A stretch of DNA of 64,000 nt. It comes from Octopus sinensis (Eukaryota). The stretch spans positions 5,146,001-5,210,000 of the forward strand of contig NC_042998.1 of NCBI RefSeq assembly GCF_006345805.1, given 5' to 3'. Position numbers and translations under genes: made by a program. The notes below the pieces were generated by a model. That model was not told the origin of the DNA, ran no database searches, and saw nothing but the letters and a program-made list of their open reading frames with translations. Positions 25,112 through 37,291 of this stretch are shown one piece after another (position 1 is the stretch's first letter; the number at the start of each line of letters is the position of its first letter).

Positions 25112-25242
25112 GCACGAATAATACAAATAGAGAGAGAAAGGGGAGATATGCACATGTGTATATATATATGTGTGTGTACTTATATATGTATATATATATA
25201 CATGCATGTATGCATATTTATACACATGTATATATCTATATG

Positions 25243-25313
<71 letters not shown>

Positions 25314-25340
25314 ATATACATATATACATGTATATATATG

Positions 25341-25388
<48 letters not shown>

Positions 25389-25565
25389 ACAGGTCACATC
25401 GGTGCACAGCTTTGCACATCCACATAGCTATTTCACTTCATTCAGGAAGTTAAAAGTCTACATGAATTTGTTCATTGTTTCTGTAAATACATATATTTTT
25501 CTTCACACACATCACTCATACGCGATCGTAAATCGCACCGATGAACAACGAACATACGCTAATGA

Positions 25566-25603
<38 letters not shown>

Positions 25604-25744
25604 TAAATGTGTATATATATATATATAATGTGTGCGTGTGTATGTATGTGTGTGTGTGTATTTTTGGTCCTTTTACTCTCCTATTCTTTATGCTTTTCCC
25701 CAAAGGCTGTGACAATGATGGGGAACTGCCAATTTTAATACATT

Positions 25745-26790
25745 TTCTATGAAAATTCTTTTTACTACTGGGATTTGGTGAAAGAGGGAGGTCGGTATTG
25801 TTGTCCTCTGTTGTTTTTCTTGCCATGATCTTGGGTCATCTCAAACCTTGGACAGTAAAAGTTCATCTTCCTCCTCTTCGCGTAGATCTTTCAGATAACT
25901 TGATAGGGTATTAAGAAGTCTTGTGCCCTTGAATCCCAAATGCTCCTCACTCAAGACAGGATGGCTGGGACACTGGAACAGTGCAGTGACGGCCAGGCAG
26001 AGGGCTGTTTTAGCTCTCAATAACAAAGTTTGGTACGAAGCCCGCCAGGACCTTTCTTACTTGTATCGTCTTCGCTTCAAGGTGTATAATCGTAGATCTT
26101 TCTGTTTCTCTCAGTAGCTCAGCTATTACACCGATTCTATTTTCCTGATGTAGCACTGCTGAACGAACTCAAGTTCCGCTCTTAGCATGACATTGTAGGA
26201 TGACCAAAGTTGAGAACAGTAGTCCAGAAGGCTGAGAACAAATGTCAGCCATAGACCCATCATTGTTTCTTCGTCCTTTGTTCTTATAGTTCACAGAATC
26301 AATCCAACCATTCGCCTTCACATTACCGCTATCTTGGCGATATGCACGTGAAACGAAGTGTTGTTGCTCAAATCAATCCCAGATAACGCACTGTACCACT
26401 GTACTTGATTCTGGGATCACTGCTTTTTTCATCCAAATTATCTTTCTTGTAGTATATTAGTATAAGCAAGCTGATAGAGGAAGGCTTGGAATTTTCCTGT
26501 ACAAAATTGCATACTATTTTCTTCAGCCCGTTTATATAAGTCACTTAGGTCTTTCTATAGATTAGCATCGAACGGTTCCTTGAATGTTTTGAATATTCTT
26601 GTGTCGGTAGCATGGTTAGTACGTGAGGCAGTGTGTTTAACTGGTGGCATGTCCGAAAAGGTCACCATAAACAGCAATGGCCTCAAGATAGTCCAACAAG
26701 ATACTCCACTCGCTATTACAGTCTCCTTGGACTGAGCCCCATTTATAAAATATATCAAATTATCAGATTTAGTAAATAGTAGCCACTGTC
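25745..26790 (-). mobile_element. CR1-clade LINE 3' fragment (degenerate RT and 3' region)
   Basis: ORF 26555-26758 SGVSCWTILRPLLFMVTFSDMP is a decayed SGVPQGTVLGPLLF; downstream FKGTRLLNTL is typical of the CR1 C-terminus. Confidence 0.65.
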
Positions 26791-27084
26791 TGGTCTGGAG
26801 TGAGATAGTTATTGGTTTTCTTTGCTCAGATGTAAAACAATTTAATGTTTTTTCACTTTTTTGTATCTGCTGATATGAAGACCTTTATAAAAATGCAGAG
26901 GGCGCCGCTTCTCAACATTGGAAATTGGGCTAAATTTAATTCTGGTTCAACATCTTAACAATTAGAAAAAATACTCGTGATGAGTGGAGGAAGATTAAGA
27001 CATATATTGTTTATAATGTTTACTTCGAGTAAAGATTAACAACTCAATGTGTTCTTAAATATTTGTGGGAACAAAGCATTTTGT

Positions 27085-27275
27085 TCATTATTCTTTTCTG
27101 CTCTAGGCACAAGGTCCGAAATCTTTGGAGAGGGCACCAGTCGATTAGTACGCAACTGGTACTTAATTTATCGACCCCGAAAGAATGAAAGGCAAAGCTT
27201 ACCTCTGCGGAATTTGACCTCAGAAAATAAAGCATTTCGCCCGGCGTGGTAACATTTCTACCAGCCCGCCACCTT
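27085..27275 (-). mobile_element. SINE family A with an alternative 3' tail
   Basis: Family A head and core, but the tail reads ccctctccaaagatttcggaccttgtgcctagagcagaaaagaataatga instead of the gtgggtagtaaagaa tail. Confidence 0.75.
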
Positions 27276-28789
27276 TATTTTATTTATTATTGAAAATTAA
27301 AAGTATTTTTTATTATTGGAAAGTACAAGTTAACCTTCGCCATGGACGGTCAATCATTTTAATTGCATCCAGAAAATATTTTATTCTATAAACAACTATA
27401 CAAATTCCAGGGAAATATCTCAGCCAAGACAAATACTTATGAGTCTTCAAAACAATCAGGGACTCAGTCTCATTACTTCTGTCATGGACACAGTGTTACA
27501 ATGAAGAATCATTTTGATATTCTAATACGTACAAAACAGCGATGCTCCTTGAATTTCTTTATGGCGCAGAATATTGGATTGCACGCATGGAAAACTTCAG
27601 TGGTCCATATAGCATTTATATATAATATCCGCACAGTCTACTACATTTCGTATACTGCTATAATGAGGCACAACGCAGTCCTTCTTTCTTGAATAGGATG
27701 AAAAAATTCAAAATAAAAAAATCAGTTTAAGTGGATTGGCTGTAATTGTATGAGAGAATCAATATATTTTTGGCGTGCGGAATTCTTTAAGCATTATTTG
27801 TTTCTCCACAGTTTGCAGATTTGAGCTATCTGCTTGCAGATTCCCTTTACAATTTTTTTTACTATAGTTTAACTACATAAATATATAATATGCTACAGTA
27901 GCTAATTAGTTCAATGTATTCACACATACATATTTAAGTGAAATTTAACTCTTGTAACTTGGGTTTAAACCTAAGTTGGATGAAAGATATACTGAAAACA
28001 GCACTATCACCGGTTTAGAAAATATTTATCTCTTTGTTTCGTAAGGTTTCTTTCAGAAAATTAGGTGATATCTAGTTATACTAGTGAATAGATAAGGTTT
28101 TATAGCGACTTGCGTTAATCTGTCAGTAAATATACATAGAAAACATATACAAAGACATGTGTGCTTGCATACCATTCTATCATATGAGCAAACATACATA
28201 CCAACATTTATGCAAGCATACGCATATTAATTCCCATATATAAATATTTTACAAATATAATATGTAATATATTATTTTACCACGTCAACAAGATTTTATT
28301 TATGGGGTAAAACACGTTCAGCAGAAAACTTCATGTCAAAAATAAGATGTTACTGAGTTGTAAATAAATAATTTCACAAATATAATAATTTTCATGTATT
28401 TAAAATTCAAACTCTTGTACATGCGCGCACACAAAAATATATATGTATATGTAGGTGTGCGCCTACGTTCATAGATGTAAGTATATTCATGTTTGCATGT
28501 TCTTGTATATTTTTTATTTAATGCTGGTTTCAGCCATTACATGGTTACTGTGTTATAATACGGCCTTCGGGAGTTTTTATACAATCGTATCAGTCCCAGT
28601 ATTTCGATGTGCCGCATATGCTATCAGTTTCTATTTATCGAACAAATTGTATTACAGAGCATAAATGCATACAACATAATCAATGGTGATTTGAACAGAC
28701 AGCATTAGAATTCCCATAGCTATAGAAACACACACTCACACACACACACAAGTGCGTGAGTATGTGTGTAAACATATATATGCATTTAA

Positions 28790-28799
<10 letters not shown>

Positions 28800-28831
<32 letters not shown>

Positions 28832-28965
28832 TTGTCCCCCACCATCGCTTGACAACAGATGTTAGTGTGTTTACGTCTCCGTAACCTAGCGCTTCAGCAT
28901 AAGGTACCGATAGGCTTATAAAGAAAAGTCCTGAGGTCTATTTGTTCGATTAAAGGTGGTGCTGA
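28800..28965 (+). mobile_element. SINE family B 3' half
   Basis: tttgtccccc.ccatcgcttgacaac...taaaggtggtgct homology. Confidence 0.7.
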
Positions 28966-29049
28966 AACGGTTACGATGGCGAATGTGTCAGTAGTTTCAA
29001 TCAGAGAAACAGCCAGTTCATGACATTAACGTGCAAGTGGTTGCGCACT

Positions 29050-29570
29050 TCACTACTATGGAGAACATTTTTTCTCAACTGCCTGGATTATCATCCAACT
29101 GTCACCTTCGCAGAGACTCAAGCTAACTCCAGAACTTAAAGCAATTGAACACCACTGCATTAAGAAAATTGACCCAGGGTGACAGATTACCTGCTGGGTG
29201 AGGATAAAAGAAATGAGACACTATTCCTTAGAGAGATGTGAAAGCTATGCGGTTATGTACATCTCAGCTCCTAACTTTGGGGCTGAAAGCTACACCAACC
29301 ACTAAACTAGACGCCACTGCATTTTATCAAAGATTCCATCTAGAATTAGGATAACAGATATTCAAAAACCTATAAGGCATCCTCCGAGATCTGCGAATCA
29401 AAGGCATGTGGACAACGTCGCGCAAAATACCAAGAAGAGTAGCTCTGTCTAACTCGCTTCTCCGCCAGAAAAAGTTCCGGGAAGATGGAATGCCGGAAAA
29501 TGTGGAATAAAAAAATAAGTCATTCGAAAGGCAGTGCTCCACATTGGCAGCAGTTTTTTGTTGAAATCTG
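29050..29570 (+). mobile_element. Possible RTE-like LINE 3' remnant
   Basis: Weak: HPPRS..QRHVD followed by a GKCG zinc-finger-like remnant; no intact motif. Confidence 0.25.
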
Positions 29571-29658
29571 TAAAAAACAAAAGGCAATACTTTTCACACT
29601 TGTACATATATACTCATGTATAATACATTATATATATATATATATATATATATACATA

Positions 29659-30252
29659 CAGTAATCCCTTGACTGTGGTGGATGTTACGTTCCAAACCCC
29701 ACTGCGATGGGTGAAAATCCGCGAAGTAGAATTACTACTGTGCTGCATATTTTTTTCATAATTTGTATATATTTATCTCTCTATATATAAACGGCAGTTT
29801 GTCTGTGCGTGTTTCTGTGTGTCTGTTTTCTTGTACCCTCACCCTGACCACGGCTTTCAACCGATTCTGATGAAACTCGACACACACGTAGCCCAATGTC
29901 ATAATTCAAAACTAACGCAGCGAAAATTTTGAAAAGTTCCCCCAGTTCTGAAAAATATCGATAAATTCGACATGGGGTCGACAATCAGAAACACAAACCG
30001 CAAACTGTCTAGGGGACGCAACTCCACCTTTTTTAACTAAAAAAAAATTTACCATCATTTTTTTCCATCTTTTTGCTATTTTTTGGCTATAACTCTCTAA
30101 AAATGCTTTATAGTTATTTCCCTTACAAACCTGAGCAACGCCGGGCGATACTGCTAGTTATATTATAAATGCAAAGCAACAGCACAGAGGAATCGACGTA
30201 AGCTTAAATAATAAACTGCGTTAGGTGAACCGTGATATAGCGAGAGATTATG
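29659..30252 (+). mobile_element. pogo/Tigger-like MITE interrupted by a Helitron
   Basis: TA|CAGTAATCCCTTGACTGTGGTGG...AAAATCCGCGAAGTAG left end and ccgtgatatagcgagagattatg|TA right end form an imperfect inverted pair. Confidence 0.65.
29776..30157 (+). mobile_element. Non-autonomous Helitron (Lep1-like)
   Basis: A|TCTCTCTATATATAAAC start and 3' hairpin CCTGAGCAACGCCGGG + CGATACTGCTAG|T; shares its last ~120 bp with 63314-63707. Confidence 0.8.
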
Positions 30253-30823
30253 TATATATATATATATACATATATATACATACATATGTATGTACATATA
30301 TATGTATATATATATATACATATACATATATATATATACATATATATACACACATATGTATATATGTATATATGTATATATATATATATATATATATACG
30401 TATATATATATATATGTAAGTGTATATAATATAAATCTATATATCTATATCTATCTATCAATATATATATATATATTATATATATATATATATACGGACA
30501 TGCGTACATACGTACATGTATGCATGCATGTCTATGTATGCATGCAAGAAATAATAGACATATCTCCTTAAATATGTAATCTTACAAAATAGCATGCATG
30601 CATATATGTCACTATATGCGCACTCGAATTATATATTATGCTGTAAATATTCACTCGTTATCTACCACGTTTGTCTAAGGAAACATAACATTGCCAATAT
30701 ATGTATACACATTAATACATAGAGTAAGAGACGCAAAGACTTATACATGTATATGCATATACATACACAAACATATGCAAGCCTACATATAAATCCCCTG
30801 TGTCTATTCAGTTGCTTTTTGAA

Positions 30824-31194
30824 TACTCTTTTACTCTTTTACTTGTTTCAGTCATTTGACTGCGGCCATGCTGGAGCACCGCCTTTAGTCGAGCAAATCG
30901 ACCCCGGGACTTATTCTTTGTAAACCCAGTACTTATTCTATCGGTGTCTTTTGCCGAACCGCTAAGTGACGGGGACGTAAACACACCAGCATCGGTTGTC
31001 AAGCAGTGCTAGGGGGACAAACACAGACACACAAACACACACATGCATATATATATATACATATATACGACAGGCTTCTTTCAGTTTCCGTCTACCAAAT
31101 CCACTCACAAGGCATTGGTCGGTCCGGGGCTATAGCAGAAGACACTTGCCCAAGATGCCACGCAAGCTACTTACCACACAGCCACTCCTGCGCC
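30824..31194 (-). mobile_element. SINE family B (small deletion in the head)
   Basis: Reverse-complement homologue of 14328-14738. Confidence 0.9.
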
Positions 31195-31479
31195 TATAAA
31201 TGTATGTAAACACATGACAACATATACTCGCATACACGTTACATTTAATTATTCATACCAATAAAAGTATAAGTATTCAATTTAAACGTATGCTCTAAAA
31301 ATTAGTGGGGAAAAAGAAGGAAGCAAAAAACAGGACAAAACAAACGAAAATGCGTGGAGAGATATGTTGTGTAAGTGCACGAGATGCTTAAAATGGGTTG
31401 AGATGCAGAAAGACAGAAAGAGTGAACAGTGATACGTATATTGAAAGATATCGGTATTATGGGTCCCAATTTGCAATTA

Positions 31480-31602
31480 CAATCAGCTGACTGTCTATCC
31501 ATCTCTCTAGCTATCTACGTACCTACCTATCTACCTCCTTTCTGTCTATCTATCTATCCATCTATCTATCCATCTATCTATCTATCTGTCTGTCTGTCTG
31601 TC

Positions 31603-31668
<66 letters not shown>

Positions 31669-32205
31669 AATATCTATTTGTCTATCTATCTACTGAGCTA
31701 CCTATCTATTTTTCTGTCTATCTCTCACTCCCTCTATCTCTATCTATTTATCTATCAATCTATCTATCATTCGAAATCCACGAAGCCTGTAGGCAACTGA
31801 ATTTATTGAACGAGGCACGTTTTTGGTAATCTCACATGACGAGACTTCCCTGTACCAAAGGATGCGCTATAACCAGATGAATAGTGTCTCACCCACGAGG
31901 GATCGATGAAAAATGTGTAGAAACAATCGTTGTGGTTAATGAATAATCTTGTGAATTCCATTTTCTGTTTCTCATATTTGTTACACCTATACATACATAC
32001 ATACGTACATACATACATGCATGCATACATACATACATACATGCATGCATACATACATACATACATACATACACAGATACATACATACATACATACATAC
32101 ATACATACATACATTCATACATCCATACATACATACATACATACAAACTTACATACATACATACACACATACATACATACATACATTCATACATACATAC
32201 ATACA

Positions 32206-32232
<27 letters not shown>
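31480..32232. repeat. (TCTA)n and (TACA)n microsatellite blocks flanking a ~190-bp unique island
   Basis: Seen directly. Confidence 0.9.
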
Positions 32233-32236
<4 letters not shown>

Positions 32237-32619
32237 TTTCAGAAAGAGAAATCTACAGACTAATTCGTACATTACAAATGCAATCCGTGAGAGGAACAGT
32301 AAAAATATGCAAAACTTTTTTCAAGTTCCAAATGTGAATTTATCTGTGTTAATTACATCCCAAAGATGGAACCTTGTATCTTAGTTGGAAACCGGCTCCC
32401 TCCTCAGTGGAGGATTTATAATAATTAGGAATTATGATAATTAATAATAATAATAAATAATTAATTTATAATAATTAAAAACCAGAACACACACACCACG
32501 CGCGCGCGCACACATTTTCTGTTTGTTTTTATGTTCATATTTTAGAAAATAATTTTACAGTAAATTGAAGGACTGCTCAACACTTCTAGTAGAGCCAAAA
32601 TGTATTAATTTTTAACAAG

Positions 32620-33560
32620 AATAGTATTGAAATGACTTCGAAGTTACGGCCAGCTAAGTCACCATCGGTCTGTGGTACTTTAGTGTTCATATTATCTTTA
32701 TATAGTCTTCCTGATAATTAGGTGATAAATACTGTTGAATAATAATTAGGTGGTTGTGTAGATCGTGGTGATGAGGTGTTATAGAAAATTGTTATTGATT
32801 AACTTTGGGGTTGTGTTCTTTTTCAGAACATATTCGTACATATAGAACTTTGTAATCACGAGTATCTATTTAAGTGTATCATCTTAGGGACATAAGATTA
32901 TTTTTAAAGTTTCTCAAGAATGTTAGTTTATGCAAGAGGTTCGTTAATTAGCAGATGTGTCTCTTGGTTTAGTTGTTGCTGGTTTTATCTAGATCTAATA
33001 GAAGATTTAATCTTTTGTTTGGGGAATGTGAAAGATAAATGTCAGAATTCAGTTCAGCGTTCAAGCATTTGTAATTGGGTGCTTATATAGCTGTGTCAGA
33101 TTTTAGGTCATTAAGCTTTTAAGCATTCATATATGAATGTAAGTAGATGGTAAGATAGGTTGGTCAGCAGATGTCTTTACTTGTTGTTGGTAATATTAAG
33201 GAGATTTCATCTGTTTGTTTGGAGGAGAATGAGGTTATCAGTGACATATTTCATGCTGTTGATAGTCTATAAATTGGCGTTCATGCTTCCAAGTTCACAA
33301 GCTAAAGACATTAGGTGTGAAGGCTGAATTCGCTCTAGGAGTTTATTTTAGAAGTTATTGGCTAATATTTGGAAATGTTAGCCTTTATGTTTTAGGGGTG
33401 TAAAATTTGTGCATTATCTTTCAATAAATTTTTCTTCTATTTGGATTCTAGAATTAGAATTTTATGATATATAACATTTGTCCTATGAATTTATTCAATA
33501 ATGGGGCATGATGATAAAACTGTGTACATCCAACTGTTTATAAAAATGAAGTTAAAAAAT
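32620..33560 (-). mobile_element. Penelope-like element, decayed RT core/thumb fragment
   Basis: Minus-strand remnants resembling DVTMGS (VNLGS) and SNHPP (cacaaccacct); many stops. Confidence 0.4.
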
Positions 33561-33634
33561 TCCAAGCTAAGCTAGTCCTCTATCATCCTTATATACATGT
33601 ATATATATATATATATTATATATATATATATATC

Positions 33635-33750
33635 ACGTGATCACGTGACCGACTAGACCATCAGATGTTGCTACACATCGCTGGTCACAATGCGTTCGCA
33701 TTGTTTTAGCCTTCGAATGACGCCACGCCGCTGGCTAAGCGAGCAGGCCA
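33635..33750 (+). mobile_element. Short GC-richer interspersed repeat fragment embedded in (TA)n
   Basis: cacgtgatcacgtgaccgactagaccatcagatg...gctggctaagcgagcaggccaac; looks like a retroelement terminus, family not determined. Confidence 0.35.
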
Positions 33751-33999
33751 ACATATATATATATAGACACAACATGCGTGTGTGTGTGTGTCTGTTTGTA
33801 GTGAGTGATTTGAAGTATATACACTCGTTTAATTTTGACCGGAATCTAGATTGAAAGATTGCGATAATTTCTACGTACCTGTTTAGTGTAAAATTGTAAT
33901 GTTGGTATTAATTTATAATATCTATATTTATATATATATTGTGTTACAGGCGGGGACGAACAGCTGGTGAGATATTTCCCTGTTTAGTCATTAGAAAAG

Positions 34000-34660
34000 A
34001 CTATTGTTTGGAAATGTTTTAGTGTGTTGAAGATTTTGTACTTTCAGGAATAAATTAATTCAGAATAAATTAATTCGGGTCAGAATTTGACTTCTGAATA
34101 TGTGGTACAATGTTTGCAGGGTTTGTTATTATTTTGTTATTACCTTGTAATGGTGGTGCTATAAAGAGATATTTTAAATTTTAATATCTATACATGTTTG
34201 GAAAGTGAGATATCTTTTTCTTGTTTGAGTTACGAAAAGTATGTGTGCAATGGTTGTGTCCAGCCGTTAGCTGTTTTACTGTAGACCCTGTATATGTGGA
34301 TATAGTTGTTAGTGTCGTGTTCTTGGTTACAGTTCCATTATAGGCAATATTGCCTGTGCGACAGTTTGTTCTAGAAGGCAGAATGAAGAGATTCTAAAGT
34401 TGCAATTGTTTAGACAGTTTTAGTGACTATAATTTGCTGCAGTTTTCGAATTTATTACGATTTGATGTTGTTCTTAATTAGTTTGTTTCACTTCTTGTTG
34501 AGGTGGAAATGGTTTGGGAGTACTCTGGAAAATAATGTGGCTTTCGGTGTGGAAACTTATGAGTTGAATGTTTGATCCGAACCAGATAATTTTGCTTCTT
34601 TTTAGGCTTATCATATTTATTTGTTCTGGGAGTAGTATTTCCTTATGCGTTGTATAAACC
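34000..34660 (-). mobile_element. Penelope-like element, decayed GIY-YIG endonuclease C-terminus
   Basis: Minus strand reads NCRTGNIAYNGTVT...STYTGST...HNHCTHTFRNSNKKK, matching the PLE C-x-x-x-NVVY...TYIGxT...NNHKxSFR pattern. Confidence 0.6.
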
Positions 34661-34695
34661 TGTGGTGCGTGTATATGTATGTATAAGTGTGTGTG

Positions 34696-34732
<37 letters not shown>

Positions 34733-34738
<6 letters not shown>

Positions 34739-34975
34739 GAAAACTCATCACTAGTTGGTGATTAAAACACGCTGAGGACAGGTAACCACCCAGAATCTCG
34801 AGTCTGTGTGTATCACGTAAGGCAAGGGACGGGAGCTATGACCTCCCCTCACAAATACTAATCGGACGCAGGTTGTGTCGTTAGCCAATTGGAGGAAATA
34901 TCTTCCAGGGGCTAAAAACGTCAATAGCGCTATCCCGTATTGGACGCCACTCTTGGCCGGCAATTATATGTTACG
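34733..34975 (+). mobile_element. Hammerhead-bearing ~245-bp non-coding element, copy 2 (diverged)
   Basis: Colinear similarity to the reverse complement of 52618-52863 (CTGAnGA...CCCAGAA, ggag..cctcccct, ggac.cagg..tgtgtcg, agcc...cttcc..gggcta.a.aacg, tccc); inserted in (TA)n. Confidence 0.65.
34767..34809 (+). ncRNA. Degenerate type I hammerhead ribozyme motif
   Basis: ACACG-CUGAGGA-CAGGU AACC ACCCA-GAAU-CUCGAG-UC-UGUGU. Stem I pairs and stem III is palindromic, but A15.1 is U and the base of stem II is mismatched. Confidence 0.5.
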
Positions 34976-35039
34976 ATATATATGAATATGTGTGTGTGTG
35001 TGTGTATGTGTGTGTGTGTGTGTGTGTGTGCGCGTGTGT

Positions 35040-35106
<67 letters not shown>

Positions 35107-35179
35107 TAAAATAATTTAATATATTTGAAGCTGAAACGTCTGATATATTTCCTTCATGTTTAATCTTGTTTTTTATTCG

Positions 35180-35720
35180 ATGACTGAGAAAGGAAACATG
35201 ATTTTCGGTGAAATAAACATACAGTGCAAATGTAAAGAGATGTTTGGATTGTATGGAATAAAGTACTCTTATTGGATGACAATATAACCATTGTCTGAGA
35301 AATCTAAGTGTAATGACCCAATAGTAGAGATAAAATATAGGGTGCAGGATATGTATATTCGTATGCCAAAAGATATATGTATGTCTGCGAAAATATAAAC
35401 CTTTTGATATTCACCGTCGTCAGTGTAAAATTGTAAAATTTTCCCAGTACAAAAGGTATAACTAAATTTGTTTAGGTGTCATTAAAAGTTTTAAAGTCGA
35501 AAGCCGTAAGAATTATGTTCCCAGTTTTTTTTTAATATTTTGTTATACGGAGTACACATTGCAGATAGAACAAATCGTTTGGTTTTCTTAGTTATGAATT
35601 GGATGTTTCTTTTTAATTCGTGAATGTTTTGAGATAAGAAATGCTGATAACGTCGGTGGTTAAAATTTGTATGAAGTTTATGGAGTAGCTACTAAGCAGT
35701 GTAGCCACTATCTGATTGTT
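35180..35720 (-). mobile_element. Probable Penelope-like RT remnant
   Basis: Minus strand tacactgacgacggt (YTDDG, cf. YIDDG) at about 35410-35430; otherwise heavily decayed. Confidence 0.3.
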
Positions 35721-36028
35721 TTGTTATAAAGGTGGGAGAGCTTGTTTCAAGGAGCAAAGAGGTACTACGTTTCACAACAGGAAAATGCTATTGCAAAAGA
35801 AGCAAATTAAGCGTTTGAAAGTAAAGTTTGTTTTCTTAGTTTCTTTTCTTTTTTTTTCTTTTTTAGGTGTAATAAATTTCGAAACATTAAATAATGACTT
35901 AAGTCTTTTAGGAATTTTAAAGAAATAAATGTCTTATGAGAAGTCAAAAGAAAACAAATCACAAAACCAAATATTCCCAATACCCAAGATATCACTAACA
36001 CATCATCAATGGATAGAAAGATAGATAA

Positions 36029-36200
36029 GTTTCTTTATTGGCCACACAGGGCTGCACACAGATGGGACAAATTACAAGGTAGAGCTTTTCTTTTGTGGGA
36101 TGAAAAAAAACAAAAAGAAAACAAAAAAACAAAAGAAACACAAAAAGTGGCGTAGGTTTTCGATCAAAAGGGATCGTAAAAGGGGGGAGAAGAAAAAAAG
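36029..36200 (-). mobile_element. 5'-truncated 3' end of a Tx1-related LINE
   Basis: Minus strand ...atcccacaaaag...ccttgtaatttgtcccatctgtgtgcagccctgtgtggccaataaagaa shares atcccacaaa and the terminal gccc..gtgg..aataaagaa with the 3' end of 2488-7828; inserted in (GATA)n. Confidence 0.7.
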
Positions 36201-36211
36201 GAAGATAGATG

Positions 36212-36285
<74 letters not shown>

Positions 36286-37243
36286 GTTACGCTATATTCA
36301 TATATCTAATTATGGTATATTATTCCGTAGGAACGTGGCAGAGTACAGTATAAAGCTCGCCCACCCTCAGAATTATCCAATACTATCGGGTAGCATTATT
36401 ATATACTTCCATGTTTATGTTTGGGAATTTGTCATGTGATATAAAATGGAAGAAATTGGAGTCAACCAGACACACGGTTGGATAGTTATTTTTTTGTCAT
36501 AATTGTTTCCAGCCACTGGGGTTCTCCAAACGTACAAGTATTTTATTATGCAACTGTTTATATTGCATAATGAGATTTAGGTGTGTTTTCTCAGTTGATA
36601 TTCAAGTGTTGTCTCCGTTAGTTTAAAATCTTAGACTTAAAGGCCATCCCATCCGTCCGTCTTGGTTTGAATTTTGTGGCAGTTGGTAGATTCATGTTGT
36701 TTGGTGGCAAAGTGCGTTTGTTGGACTACTATATACCAATTCGAGAAACACTCTTCCACCAAACAATGCCAACAGTATATTATCACATTAATGGACTGCA
36801 AGATAAAGCACTTAAGATGCTATATATGCCGGCTAATTAACGCACTAAACGTGAGTTAGTTAAGATCAATGAAAAAAATATTTTATTCAGTCAACCGTTG
36901 TTTTATTCAAATAACTGACATTCCATTCTGGAATATTACCACTCTCTTCGTTATGTAGCTCAATAACATATGAGATAAACGTATCTGAAATCTTACACAA
37001 TTTGATATTGTAGTTTTCTACTGTTCAATTGTCTTTTATCTAGTATGTGCTTCAGTCATTGGACAGCGATCACGTTTGGACGTTATTTTGACAGACTAAG
37101 GTGACCAAAACGACTGTAGCGCTAACTTTTCAAGGTATGGTATATATCCTAAACTTCTTGATGATAAACGAATTAACATCAATTGGCATGCGGTATGATC
37201 GAGACACAAACACAAAGACATACGCACACATACAATATTCTGC

Positions 37244-37291
<48 letters not shown>

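Noticed and set aside
34840-34920. HDV-like ribozyme reading of the downstream domain (GGCTAA after a long hairpin)
   Set aside because: P1, P3, L3 and P2 pairings could not be assigned in either copy.
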